Source: an uncultured delta proteobacterium (GTDB lineage: Bacteria; Myxococcota_A; Polyangia; Haliangiales; Haliangiaceae). From it: DNA of 64,000 nt. Position numbers and translations under genes: made by a program. Location: NCBI GenBank assembly GCA_963848295.1, contig CAWKDB010000010.1, positions 1,088,001 through 1,152,000 on the forward strand, given 5' to 3'. Position 1 is the first letter of the stretch; every line of letters starts with the position of its first letter. This document shows, in pieces, positions 1 to 11,866 of the stretch. The notes under the pieces are model-generated. The model did not search any database. It saw only the letters and a list, made by a program, of their open reading frames with translations, and was not told the origin of the DNA.

Positions 1-880
1 CCCAGTGCGGGTCGAGCCACGTGATCGGCGCGTAGCCGGCGACGAGCAGCACGATCATCAGCATCGCGAACCAGGCGACCGGGCCGAACATCACGCCGAT
101 CAACAAGTGCATCGCGACCCCGTACGCGAACGCGTAGGGCCGGGTCCACTTGAGCCCGAACCACAGCGGCGCACCGATCTCGAACGCGAGCGTCGTCGCT
201 TGCATCACCGGCCACGCCCAGGTCGGGAAGTGGTTCGCAAACTCCCAGCTGATCCATGTCTGGTACGAGTCGTGGAGCTGCGTCCACAGCACGTACGGGG
301 TCTTCAACCAGTCCGCCTTCGCCTTGAGATAGCCCGAGGCGAAGTAGAAGATCGGCAGCATGAGCTGGAAGAAGCGCACGCTGCCGCCCGAGACGAACCG
401 CGGCGCGATGTACTTGGGGTTGCGTCGCCGTTTGCGCCACGCGTCGACCGACCAACGCGCACCCGCGGGCGACGCGCAGATCGCGATCGCGATGATCGGC
501 GCGAGCTTGCTGACCGTGAACGTCGCGAGCCGATCGGCGAGCGCGACGTACGCGAGAGTGACCGCGAAGATCCCGCTCGACCAGCGCGTGAACGCACCCG
601 CGATCGTCATGAGGCCGGCGATCACGAGCACGGTGCAGACGACGTAGGCCTGCCACGGCTCGAGCGGCGCCCACGACACCGGCTGGCGGTAGTCGCCCGG
701 CATCGGCGGCGGATGAAAGCCCGCGGTCGACAGCCAGTCCGCGGCGTGGGCGATGCGCGTCGACAGAAAGCCGAGGATCGCGAGCGGCGCGCCGATCCGG
801 ACGACCTCGAGCCGCACGATCGGTTGCGGCGCGAACGTGCGCGTCAGCTGGTCGTCGAGAAACTCCGCCGCGGTCGCCAC
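1..880 (-). CDS. HTTM-domain (vitamin K-dependent carboxylase-like/SdpB-like) multi-pass membrane protein, 3' end outside the window
   Basis: Translated by hand from GTG at 880 (overlaps the TAG of the upstream gene): MATAAEFLDDQLTRTFAPQPIVRLEVVRI...WSVDAW...FYFASGYLKAKADW...FEIGAP...GVAMHLLIGVMF; SVD, Y-F-x-S-G-x-x-K and MH motifs typical of HTTM proteins. Confidence 0.7.
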   Translation of the reverse strand, partial: MATAAEFLDDQLTRTFAPQPIVRLEVVRIGAPLAILGFLSTRIAHAADWLSTAGFHPPPMPGDYRQPVSWAPLEPWQAYVVCTVLVIAGLMTIAGAFTRWSSGIFAVTLAYVALADRLATFTVSKLAPIIAIAICASPAGARWSVDAWRKRRRNPKYIAPRFVSGGSVRFFQLMLPIFYFASGYLKAKADWLKTPYVLWTQLHDSYQTWISWEFANHFPTWAWPVMQATTLAFEIGAPLWFGLKWTRPYAFAYGVAMHLLIGVMFGPVAWFAMLMIVLLVAGYAPITWLDPHW

Positions 881-1461
881 TACTTCGCTCCACTTGACGG
901 GCAGTGCTTCGCGAGCCGAGCGTCATCGGTCGTGAACAACACCTTGCGCTCGACGTCCGGGGCTGGATCGAGCGGGCGATAGACGTAGCGCTCGGCGCCC
1001 ATCCCCGGCGCCGGCACGACGCGGCGGACCACCGACACCCGGATGCCGCCGATCGGGCCGTGCATGCCATCGTCGGGCGCGTCCTTCGCGTGGTGCTCGC
1101 GCACGAACCGATCGAGCGCGTTCATCACGTACTTGCTGGGCGCCTGGTCTGCATAGAAATAGCCGAGCCTCTGGAACCGCGACTCCTTGTCGTCGGCCTC
1201 GAGCGGAAAGTACGCGCGCGGATCGAGCAGCTCCCAATCGCGCGCCTCGCACGACCAGCCCTCGAGTCGGTACTCGAGCGTGTGCTCGATCGCATTCGGG
1301 AACAGCTTCGTCGCCTCGGTGAAGAACGTGAACATCCGCAGCCCCGGCCGCTGCGCCGGGTGCGAGACGAGCGCGGCATAGTAAAGAAGGGCAAGCGCCG
1401 CGAGCACGATCCGCAACCAGCGCGGGCCCGGTCCGCGAGCGATCTCGGCCTCGGTGATCAC
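880..1461 (-). CDS. Membrane-anchored hypothetical protein, translationally coupled partner of the HTTM protein
   Basis: ORF 880..1605; probable GTG start at 1461 followed by one TM helix (WLRIVLAALALLYYAAL); stop overlaps the HTTM start. Confidence 0.6.
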   Translation of the reverse strand: MITEAEIARGPGPRWLRIVLAALALLYYAALVSHPAQRPGLRMFTFFTEATKLFPNAIEHTLEYRLEGWSCEARDWELLDPRAYFPLEADDKESRFQRLGYFYADQAPSKYVMNALDRFVREHHAKDAPDDGMHGPIGGIRVSVVRRVVPAPGMGAERYVYRPLDPAPDVERKVLFTTDDARLAKHCPSSGAK

Positions 1462-1598
1462 GCTGAACAAGTAACACAGGACCTCCGACCCGCGAGATCC
1501 GCAGTGGTGTGAACGGTTCGCTGCGAGTTCCGCAGGCCGGTCGGCTTTCGATCTCGTTAATGCGCGGCGAAGTCCGCGACTTTGTGGTCCGCCCGCGA

Positions 1599-1615
1599 CC
1601 GGCACGGCAGCTGCT
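1599..1615 (+). promoter_or_regulatory. Candidate sigma54 (-24/-12) promoter
   Basis: CCGGCACGGCAGCTGCT, GG-N10-GC spacing, about 27 nt upstream of the ATG at 1642, which is preceded by GGAGG. Confidence 0.45.
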
Positions 1616-1641
1616 TTAGCAACGCAGTGGAGGTACGACTC

Positions 1642-1911
1642 ATGCGCAATCTCATGGTCCTCGGAGCGGTTTCTCTCGGCCTATTCAGCGGCTCCAGTGC
1701 ATTCGCGGATTCGCGCCACGACCGCGGCAGCGAAGCCAGGCGCGGCAACGAGCGTCGCGAGGTCCGTGGAGACCGTCGCGACATCCGCGGCGAGCGCCGC
1801 GGGGTCGAGTCGTTTCGCGATCGCCGGTTCGAGCGGCCGGTCGTTCGCGGCTGGGGTGGCGAGTACCGGCTCGAGGGCAACGCGTGGCAGTGGAACCACG
1901 GTCGCCGGTAG
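1642..1911 (+). CDS. Small secreted Arg/Asp/Glu-rich protein
   Basis: RBS GGAGG, signal peptide MRNLMVLGAVSLGLFSGSSAFA, then RRE/RRD repeats and a Trp-rich C-terminus. Confidence 0.6.
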   Translation: MRNLMVLGAVSLGLFSGSSAFADSRHDRGSEARRGNERREVRGDRRDIRGERRGVESFRDRRFERPVVRGWGGEYRLEGNAWQWNHGRR

Positions 1912-2148
1912 CTAGTGGCCGCAGCTGAGGACGGCGACGAGCACGGGTTGGCCGGCGGCCGGGCACGCCGGCGGTGCGCACTTGAAGCACACGCCGAGCA
2001 TGCTGCAGCCGTCGTCGACCTCGCGCGTCGTGCAATCGATCGTCACCGGCCCTGGTTCGAGCCGCCAGTGATGGCGACCGCCCTGGATGCAGACGAGCGC
2101 GGCGAACACCGCGAGTGGGAGTAACCAGAGCCGGCGGCGGTTGCTCAT
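1912..2148 (-). CDS. Small Cys-rich exported protein
   Basis: MSNRRRLWLLPLAVFAALVC... with six further Cys; C-terminal part of ORF 1912..3123. Confidence 0.45.
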   Translation of the reverse strand: MSNRRRLWLLPLAVFAALVCIQGGRHHWRLEPGPVTIDCTTREVDDGCSMLGVCFKCAPPACPAAGQPVLVAVLSCGH

Positions 2149-2271
2149 CGCCTGATCGAGCCACACCCGCCGGCTCGGCGCCCGCACTTCTTCGTCGCGA
2201 GCTGTCCGCGGCTGGCGACAAGAGCGTCGCGCCGCTTCCGCAACCGGCGACGGTCGTGATACGCGACCTCG

Positions 2272-3597
2272 ATGCGGCCGCGCCATGCGCTGATCCTCGC
2301 CCTCGTGGCGAGCGCGACGCGCGCCGGTCACGCCGATCCGCTCGAGGTGTTCGGCCTGACCTCGCGCCGGGCCGCCCAGGCGAACGCCGGGGCCGCCTCG
2401 GTCGACGACGCGTCGGCGCTCTACTACGACCCCGCCGGCCTGGTCGGCGGCCCCGCCGAGGTCGAGCTCGGCGCGATCGGCGGAGTCACGCACCTCGCGG
2501 GCGGTGACAGCACGTCGTCGGCCCTCTCGGATCCGTACGGCTTCCAGCTCGCGGTGCGCGCGCCGTTGCCGCTGCGCGGTGCGCTGCATCGCCGGATCGC
2601 GGTGGGCATCGCGCTCCACTTGTTGCCGGTCGACATCGCGCGCGTCACGGCGCCGGCGCCCGATCGAGCGTTCTACCCGATGTACGGCGACAGCACGTCG
2701 CGCATCGTCGTGTTGCCCGGCATCGCCGCGAACCTCGGGCACGGCGTCTCGGCCGGCCTCGCGATCAACGTGCTCGCGGGATTGTCCGGCACGATCTACG
2801 CCGCCGAGGGCGCGACGCGTGCGATCGATTCGCGCGTCGACGAGCGCACGCCGACGATCGCGCGGCTCAATGCCGGCATCGCGTGGCAGGTGCAGCCCGA
2901 CCTGCGCGTCGCGGCGGTGTATCGAGAGAAGTTCGAGGTCCCGTTCGAGACCGCGGCGACGACGCTGGTCGCCGGCGAGCCGATCGATATCGATCTGCGC
3001 GCGACCGGCCAGTTCACCCCGGACGAGCTCGTGGTCGGTGGCGCGTGGTCGCCCGATCCGCTGACCCTGTCGCTCGACGTCGAGTACGCGCGGTGGTCGT
3101 CGTACCCGGGGCCATACGTTCACGTCGACAGCACGCTACCGCTCGTCGGTGCCGTCCCCGGGCAGACCCCGGCGGTGCCGTTCAAAGACACCGTCGCGAT
3201 CCGGCTCGGCGCGGAGAGCAAGCTCGCGCGCGGCCACTGTGGCTTCATCTGGCGCGGCGGAGTCGCGTTCGAGACCTCGCCGGTGCCCGCGGTCCAGACC
3301 GGGATCACGAACCTACTCGACGGCCCGAAGGAGACGATCGCGGGCGGCGTCGGCTACTCGTGGCCGCGCGTCGGTAAGGGCGTCCGGCTCGATGCACACG
3401 TCATGCTGCAGATCGTCGACTCGCGCACGATCACGAAGCAGATCTGGGATGGCGCCGGCACCTACGATCCGTTCACGAGCCTGCGCGACGAGGACATCAA
3501 CACGCCAGGCACGCAGATCTCGAACCCGGGGTATCCCTCGATCAAGTCCGGCGGCGAGGTCGTTTCCGGCGGGCTGACGTTGGAGGTCGGGCTGTGA
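2272..3597 (+). CDS. OmpP1/FadL-like outer membrane beta-barrel transporter
   Basis: Signal peptide, hatch motif ASVDDASALYYDPAGL, amphipathic strands, hydrophobic C-terminal strand. Confidence 0.75.
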   Translation: MRPRHALILALVASATRAGHADPLEVFGLTSRRAAQANAGAASVDDASALYYDPAGLVGGPAEVELGAIGGVTHLAGGDSTSSALSDPYGFQLAVRAPLPLRGALHRRIAVGIALHLLPVDIARVTAPAPDRAFYPMYGDSTSRIVVLPGIAANLGHGVSAGLAINVLAGLSGTIYAAEGATRAIDSRVDERTPTIARLNAGIAWQVQPDLRVAAVYREKFEVPFETAATTLVAGEPIDIDLRATGQFTPDELVVGGAWSPDPLTLSLDVEYARWSSYPGPYVHVDSTLPLVGAVPGQTPAVPFKDTVAIRLGAESKLARGHCGFIWRGGVAFETSPVPAVQTGITNLLDGPKETIAGGVGYSWPRVGKGVRLDAHVMLQIVDSRTITKQIWDGAGTYDPFTSLRDEDINTPGTQISNPGYPSIKSGGEVVSGGLTLEVGL

Positions 3598-4861
3598 GGG
3601 CGGCGACGATGATCGGGCTCGGGCTCGGGCTCGGGCTCGGGTCCGCACACGCCGATCCACTCGACGACCTCGGGTTCGGCGCCGCCGAGACGGCCCTGGC
3701 CTCGTCCGATGCCGCGACCGCGGCCGGGGTCGCCGCCGCTCACTCGAACCCGGCCGGGCTCGCGCGCGCGGTCGAGCCCGAAGTGATGATCGGCTACCAG
3801 TTCTCGCTCGAGCACCTCCAGATCGACGGCCACGACGCCGGTGTCACGAACAGCCACGGCACGACGCTCGGCCTCGACGTCCCGATCGACCTCGGGCCGG
3901 TCCGGGTCGCGACCGGAGTCGCGCTGTACTTGCCCGATCAGTTCCTCGCGCGGATCGAGCTCGATCCGGTCGCGGAGCCGCACTTCGTACGGTTCGAGAA
4001 CGCGACCCAACGGGTCGAGGTCGAGCCGTCGCTCGCGCTGCAGATCGGAGACTTCGCGATCGGCGGCGGCGCGACGTTCTTGGCCGACGCGCGCTCGAAG
4101 CAGCTGACGTTCGACGTCGGGGTGATCGCCGGGCAGAAACAAGGCGACGCGAACCTCGACGTCGGGTTGCCGTTGCGCGCCGCGCCGCACGCGGGGGTGT
4201 GGTGGCGCCCGGATCGCAAGGTCGAGCTCGCCGCGACCGTGCGCGGCCCGCTGTCGCTCGATACCGCGCTCGATATCCGCGCGAACGTCTCCGTGCCGGG
4301 CGTCGTCACCGGCGACGCGATCGTCTCGTTGCGGTCGACCAGCTACTACACGCCGCTGCGCGCGGACCTCGCGGCGGCGGTGCACGCGACCGAAGATCTG
4401 ACGCTGACCGCGGACCTCGCGTTCCAGCGCTGGCACGCGCTCGGCTCCGGCGTGCCCGATGTCAAGGTCCTCGTCGACCTCAGCCTGGCCCCGCCGCTCG
4501 TTCAGGGCGAGCCGCCGCCGGCGCACTTCCACGACGTCGTCGAGCCGCGGCTCGGCGCCGAATGGCATCGCGATCGGCTGCGGTTGCGCGCCGGCTTCGC
4601 GTACTTGCCCTCGCCGGTGCCGCCGCAGACCGGCTTGACCAGCTTCGCCGACGGCGATCGCACGCTCGCCGCGCTCGGCGCAGGCTGGCGGCTGCCATCG
4701 CTCGGTCCGCTCGCCGAGCCGGTCGACCTCGACGTCGCACTCGCGTGGCAACACGTGATGCACGAGCTGGTCGAGAAGGACGAGGCGCTCGTCCCCGGCG
4801 GCGCGTTCTCGGCCGGTGGCGATATCGTGCAGGCAACGGCAACCGCCACGGTGAGGTTCTG

Positions 4862-4862
<1 letters not shown>
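3594..4862 (+). CDS. Second OmpP1/FadL-like outer membrane transporter (paralog)
   Basis: AHADPLDDLGFG...AAHSNPAGLA (NPA motif), C-terminal Phe; GTGA overlap with the preceding gene. Confidence 0.75.
3611..3641. repeat. GATC(GGGCTC)4GGG hexamer microsatellite
   Basis: Read directly; exact reverse complement of 4897..4927. Confidence 0.85.
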
Positions 4863-6325
<1,463 letters not shown>

Positions 6326-6520
6326 TCAAATTGAGTGCAGGGCAGAACTTGCCCACGACGTCATTCGCGCGCGACGATTTCGAAACATGCTCAGCCGTAG
6401 GAGCGTTGTCTCTTCATGATCCCAGTCATCGGAAACGTCATCGCGGGGATCGGCGTCCTCAGCTTATTCGCCGCGACACTTCGCCTGACGCGGCCCGCAA
6501 AACAAAAGTAGACTCGATGG

Positions 6521-7573
6521 GTGGTCGCCCCCGTCCTGCCGCGCGTCGCGCGCCCGCCAAGTGCGGGTGAGCTGACCCTCGGCGACGTCGAAGCGGTTCG
6601 CCTGCTGTTGCGCGGCGACTCGGTGATCGACTGGTATCACCTCGGGTTCGTCGATCACGCCGACGTCGATCGGTTCTTGCGGCTCAACGAGTTCGATCCC
6701 GAATCCGAAGACGAGATCGGCCGTCTCGAGGATCTGCGCGGCGACGCGGTCGACTACCTCGCCCGTGCGTTCGCGATGGCGATTCCAGACGAGGTCGCCG
6801 AGGATCTGCCGGCGCGCGACCTGTTTCTCGTCGCGTCGAGCACCGGGCCGCATCAGAAGTGGGCGTGCGTCGTGCTCAAGGTGATGCACATCATCCACCA
6901 CATCGCCGGTCGCGAAGGCCTGCTCAAGATGTCGGTGTCCGACGAGATCATCTTTCGCGAGATCGAGCTCAAGGTCGTGCAGGTCGTCGAGCAGTTGCGA
7001 GCCGCCGGCGCTCCGCTCGCCGAGTTCGAGTGGAGCCGCAAGCCGCGCGATTCGCAGATCACGAAGTTGATGGCGAAGCGCTCGACGCTCGCCGCGAACA
7101 TCTACGACAAGCTGCGATTCCGGCTGATCGTGCCGCAGCGCGAGGATCTCGTGCCGATGCTCGCGACGCTGACCCGCCAGCTCGTGCCGTTCAACTACAT
7201 CGTGCCCGGCGAGTCGGTCAATCAGCTCGTCGATCTGCGCGAGCTGATCGCGCAAGGGCGGGCACCGACGAGCGACGGCGTGCACAAGCGCGACGAGCTG
7301 CCGTTCAACGAGTTCTCGGGTCCCGAATACAAGATCGTGAACTTCGTCGCCGACCTGCCGCTCCGGGTCGATCGCCTGATCCCGCGCGCCGAGATCCCGG
7401 ACGATCTCAGCCACGTCGTGTTCGTGCTCACCGAGTTCCAGGTCTGCGACAAGGCGACCGCGATCGGCAACGAGAGCGGCGCGTCGAGCCATGACGCATA
7501 CAAGCAGCGTCAGCACGAGCGCGTGCGGATGCGTCTGTTTCGCGACAAGGACGATCCTCTCCCGCCCGACTGA
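6521..7573 (+). CDS. TIGR04552-like protein with RelA/SpoT-type nucleotidyltransferase motifs
   Basis: RLLLRGDSVIDW N-terminus; SRKPRDSQITKL, IYDKLRFR, YKIVNFV, EFQV, HDAYK. Confidence 0.75.
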   Translation: MVAPVLPRVARPPSAGELTLGDVEAVRLLLRGDSVIDWYHLGFVDHADVDRFLRLNEFDPESEDEIGRLEDLRGDAVDYLARAFAMAIPDEVAEDLPARDLFLVASSTGPHQKWACVVLKVMHIIHHIAGREGLLKMSVSDEIIFREIELKVVQVVEQLRAAGAPLAEFEWSRKPRDSQITKLMAKRSTLAANIYDKLRFRLIVPQREDLVPMLATLTRQLVPFNYIVPGESVNQLVDLRELIAQGRAPTSDGVHKRDELPFNEFSGPEYKIVNFVADLPLRVDRLIPRAEIPDDLSHVVFVLTEFQVCDKATAIGNESGASSHDAYKQRQHERVRMRLFRDKDDPLPPD

Positions 7574-7595
7574 CTTTAGGTGAGTGGCATTGGGG

Positions 7596-9871
7596 CTAGT
7601 TCGGCTCGCCCTCGTCTTCGCCCGGCTCGCAGCGCACGGTGATCTCGCCGTCTTTGACATCGACGAACGCGGTGCCGCCATGATGTAGCTTGCCGAACAG
7701 GATCTCGTTCGCGAGCGGCGCCTTGAGCGTCGACTGGACGATGCGCTCCATCGGGCGCGCGCCCATCGCCTTGTCGTAGCCGTGCTCGACGAACCAATCG
7801 ATCGCGGCCGGCGAGATCTCGAGCTGTACCTTCTTCTCGGCGAGCTGACCGTCGAGCTGGTCGAGGAACTTGCGCGCGACCTTGCGGATCACTTCCACCG
7901 GTAGCGCGTCGAACATCACGGTGGCGTCGAGCCGGTTGCGGAACTCGGGCGTGAACACGCGCTCGAGCGCCTTCTTGCCATCCTTGGAGTCCGCGATCGA
8001 ATCGCCGAAGCCGATCTTGCCGGAGGCCATCTCGCGGCTGCCCGCATTGCTCGACATGATCAGGATGACGTTGCGGAAGTCGCTCTTGCGGCCGTTGTTG
8101 TCGGTGAGCGTCGCGTGATCCATGACCTGCAACAGGATGTTGTAGATGTCGGGGTGCGCCTTCTCGATCTCGTCGAGCAACACGACCGAGTACGGGTGCT
8201 TGTTGATCGCATCGGTCAGCTGACCGCCCTGGTCGTAGCCGACGTAGCCGGGCGGTGCGCCGATCAGGCGGGACACCGTGTGCTTCTCCATGTACTCCGA
8301 CATGTCGAACCGAATGAACTCGACGCCCATCACCGCGGCGAGCTGCTTCGCGAGCTCGGTCTTGCCGACGCCGGTGGGGCCGGCGAACAGGAAACACCCG
8401 GTCGGCTTATCGGGATTGCCGAGGCCGGCACGCGACAGCTTGATGACAGTGGTCGAGCCGATCGATCGCGGTGTCCTGACCGTAGATCGCTTTTTTGAGC
8501 TCGGCGTCGAGGTTCTCGAGCTTTGCCTTGTCGGCGACCGACACCGAGCGGGTCGGGATCCGCGCGATCTTCGCGACGACCTCTTCGATCAGCGACGGCC
8601 GGATCTCGGCGGGTCGATCCGCCTCGGCCATCAGCCGGACCTTCGCGCCGGCCTCGTCGATCACGTCGATCGCCTTGTCCGGCAGGTGTGCGCCGCTGAT
8701 GTGGCGCGCCGACAGCTCGACCGCGGCCTCGATCGCCGGGTCGGTGTACTTCACGCCGTGATGCTCCTCGTACTTGACCTTGAGGCCCTTGAGGATCTCG
8801 ATCGCCTCGGGCACGGTCGGCTCGCCGACGTCGATGCGCTGGAACCGACGGGCGAGCGCGCGATCGCGCTCGAACGCCTGGCGATAATCCTTGAACGTCG
8901 TCGAGCCGATGCAGCGGAGCTCGCCGTTCGACAGCGGTGGCTTCAAGATGTTCGCCGCGTCCATCGTGCCGCCGCTCGTCGCGCCGGCGCCGATGATGTT
9001 GTGGATCTCGTCGATGAACAGGATCGACTTCGGATCGCCGATCAACACCTTCATCACGGCCTTCAACCGCTCTTCGAAGTCGCCGCGATAGCGGGTACCC
9101 GCGAGCACCGCGGTCATGTCGAGCGAGTAGACCTTCGCGTCGAGCAGGGGCTCGAGGCACCTTGCCGTCGACGATGCGCAGCGCGAGGCCTTCGGCGAGC
9201 GCGGTCTTGCCGACGCCGGGCTCGCCGATCAGCAGCGGGTTGTTCTTGCGCCGCCGCGACAGCACCTGGATCATGCGCTCGAGCTCGTCGGCGCGGCCGA
9301 TCATCGGATCGATCTTGCCGTCGCGCGCGCGCTGCGTCAGGTCGACGCAGAAGCTCTCCAGCGGGTTCGCGACCTTGCCGTCGCTCTCGCCGTCGTCCTC
9401 GACGCCACGCACCCGCGGCACAACCGGGCCGCCGGCGTCGACCTTGGACACCCCGTGCGAGATGTAGTTGATCACGTCGAACCGCGTGATCCCCTGCTTC
9501 TCGAGCACGTACACCGCGTGCGAGTCGCGTTCGCGGAACATCGACGCGAGCACGTTACCGGTCGTCATCTGCTGGCGGCCGGCGGCTTGAACATGCATCG
9601 CGGCGCGCTGCAGCACGCGCTGGAACGCGAGCGTCTGGTCCGGCCCCGAGTCCTCGTCCTCCGGTAGCTCCTCGGTCTGCTCGGCGAGGAACCGCTCGAG
9701 CTCGCCGCGCATCTTCTCGATGTCGCCGCCACACTTCGTGAGGATGTCGACGCCACTGGGGTCATCGAGCATCGACAACAGCAAGTGTTCGAGCGTCAGG
9801 TACTCGTGGCGGCGACCGCGCACGTCGTCGACCGCGCGCTGGATCGTGGATTGAAGCTCCGGCGACAGCAT
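7596..9871 (-). CDS. clpA: ATP-dependent Clp protease ATP-binding subunit ClpA (about two frameshifts, probably assembly errors)
   Basis: [62 protein letters not shown] spread over three frames; adjacent to clpS. Confidence 0.92.
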
Positions 9872-9952
9872 GGTGTCCGGACAGTGTAGGGCGTTGCGGC
9901 CCCGCGTGCAGGCCCTCGGGCGCCAGCGATTTCGGGTAGGTCGGGGAGCGAT

Positions 9953-10294
9953 TTACTCGGTCGGCTCGATCGAGAGCTGCAACGGGAACTGCTGCTGCTT
10001 CGCGAGCGCGAGCGTCTTGGTGACCTTGGTCTCGGCGATCTCGAACGTGTAGACGCCGGCGATGCCTAGGCCGTTGTTGTGGACGTGGCTCATGATCGCG
10101 ACCGCGTCGCTCTCGTTCTTGTGAAACACGGTCTGCAACACCCACACGACGAACTCGCGGGTCGTGTAGTCGTCGTTGTGGAGCAGCACCTTGTACAGCG
10201 GGGGCTTCTTCGTCTTCGTGCGCTCGTCGAGCACGAGCCCGGTCTGGCGCTCGCCGTCGCGCTTTTGACCGGGGGGCTTCTTCTCGTCCGCCAT
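9953..10294 (-). CDS. clpS: Clp protease adaptor ClpS
   Basis: [30 protein letters not shown]. Confidence 0.95.
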   Translation of the reverse strand: MADEKKPPGQKRDGERQTGLVLDERTKTKKPPLYKVLLHNDDYTTREFVVWVLQTVFHKNESDAVAIMSHVHNNGLGIAGVYTFEIAETKVTKTLALAKQQQFPLQLSIEPTE

Positions 10295-10414
10295 GACGCC
10301 CTCATCTTACGGGACCGCGCGGCCGAGGGTAGAGCCGATCGCGACAGCGATTTCGGGCAGGATGGCTCGAAATGTTTCCCGGGGGTTGGCGCACGTCGCG
10401 TTATAGAGCGGGCG

Positions 10415-11068
10415 ATGGCGCTCTTTGGCTGGATCCCCGAGGCGTCGGGCACGCGCTCGGTCGCGACGACGTTCGTGTCGATCAGCGCCCTGCCGCTGTG
10501 GCCAGTGCGCTCGGAGCTCGTCGACACCGCGACGATGGTCATCGACCGCGGCAAGCCGTCGCGGCACAGCGATTGGCTCAATCCGCGGAGGACGTACCAA
10601 TCGACCCCGCTGCCGCTCGATCGGCGATCGATCCTCGCGGCGTACCTGCGCTCGTGGGGCGTCCTGCTCGCGTTTGTCGGGGTCGTGAGGATCTCGGGGG
10701 CATCGTGGGAGCCGATCGTGTATGCGGGAACGTGCGCGGCCGCCGTCGCGCGCGGACTGCGCCTATGCTCGTTCATCAGGGTCGGCAGCTACCTGACGAT
10801 TCTCGCCTGGGGCGCCGCCTTTAGTGCGATCGCGGCGGCCTTGCTCCCGCGGGCACCCGGCTTCGCATTTGCCGCGTGCGCGCTGCCCGCTTGGCGCTCG
10901 TTGCATTGGGAGCGCGGCGCGATCGAGCTGCCAGAGATGACGGTGATCGAGCCCGAGCCGGCGCCGCGAGCGCACACCGATATGTCGCCCACGATCCTCG
11001 CGCCGCTGGCGTCGGTCGCGCCGGCTCCCGTCGAGCGCGTCGTCGATCAGCCGCGGCTGCTCACCTGA
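10415..11068 (+). CDS. Hypothetical membrane protein
   Basis: ATG at 10415; VATTFVSISALPLWP followed by several hydrophobic segments. Confidence 0.5.
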   Translation: MALFGWIPEASGTRSVATTFVSISALPLWPVRSELVDTATMVIDRGKPSRHSDWLNPRRTYQSTPLPLDRRSILAAYLRSWGVLLAFVGVVRISGASWEPIVYAGTCAAAVARGLRLCSFIRVGSYLTILAWGAAFSAIAAALLPRAPGFAFAACALPAWRSLHWERGAIELPEMTVIEPEPAPRAHTDMSPTILAPLASVAPAPVERVVDQPRLLT

Positions 11069-11846
11069 CCGGGTGCACGGTCGCGAACGTGACCGCGCCC
11101 GCGTAGACCTTGACCGGCGATTGCCTCGCCAGCTCGGTGCCCGGCAGGGTCGCGGCGATCGTCACGTCGCCGGGCGGCTCGCTGAAGCCGTCGGCGTGGG
11201 TGTACGGCGGCCAGGTGGTCCCAGCGTCGGGTGGATACGGGTCGCTGCCAGCGCCCGTGTAGCCGATGTGCCCCGGCTCGGGCGAAAAGTCTACGACGAC
11301 GCCGTCGAGTGGACCGCCGGCGCAGTCGAACGTTTGCACGTCGATCGTGCCGGTGCCGCCGACCTGCGACACGCCGGCCGCGCTGTAGACCGCGCCGAGC
11401 GAGCCGCTGGAGAACACGTTCGGGTCGTACGCATAGTCGCGGTCGAGCGCGACCGCTGGATACTCGTAGACATCGAGCAACCCGACCTTCGAATACTTGA
11501 TGTAGACCAGCAGCGGAACGCCGGCCGTCGCGATCGCGATCGAGTACGTCCCGTCGCTCGCATCGCTCGTGACCGCGCCGAGCAGCGAGTCGTCAGCCAC
11601 GGCGTGGACTTCGACATCGACCGACGGCGAGGGCGTCGTGCCGCCGGAGAAGTTCGTGACCTGGATCGTCTGGCCGCTGACCGTCAGCGGATCCGGCGCG
11701 GTCGTGCCGCCGCCGCAGGCATCGGCATCGATGGGCGCGGGCGGTTCGCTGCCGTGCGAGTCGTTCGGCTGCGCGTCGAAGCCCCAGCGTCCGCACGACG
11801 CGAGGCCGAACAGCACGAAGAGCACACGGAACACCAGCTCCAGCAT
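11061..11846 (-). CDS. Hypothetical lipoprotein (beta-sandwich-like)
   Basis: Lipobox LASC-GRWGFD, acidic beta-rich body. Confidence 0.6.
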   Translation of the reverse strand: MLELVFRVLFVLFGLASCGRWGFDAQPNDSHGSEPPAPIDADACGGGTTAPDPLTVSGQTIQVTNFSGGTTPSPSVDVEVHAVADDSLLGAVTSDASDGTYSIAIATAGVPLLVYIKYSKVGLLDVYEYPAVALDRDYAYDPNVFSSGSLGAVYSAAGVSQVGGTGTIDVQTFDCAGGPLDGVVVDFSPEPGHIGYTGAGSDPYPPDAGTTWPPYTHADGFSEPPGDVTIAATLPGTELARQSPVKVYAGAVTFATVHPVR

Positions 11847-11866
11847 ACATCGAGTAGAGTCCGGCC

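Noticed and set aside
5..982. 325-aa plus-strand ORF and many similar shadow ORFs
   Set aside because: Antisense or alternative-frame shadows of real genes in high-GC DNA
7596..9871. clpA as pseudogene or programmed frameshift
   Set aside because: Motifs are intact, no in-frame stops or slippery sites were seen, and similar indels recur across the window, which points to sequencing error
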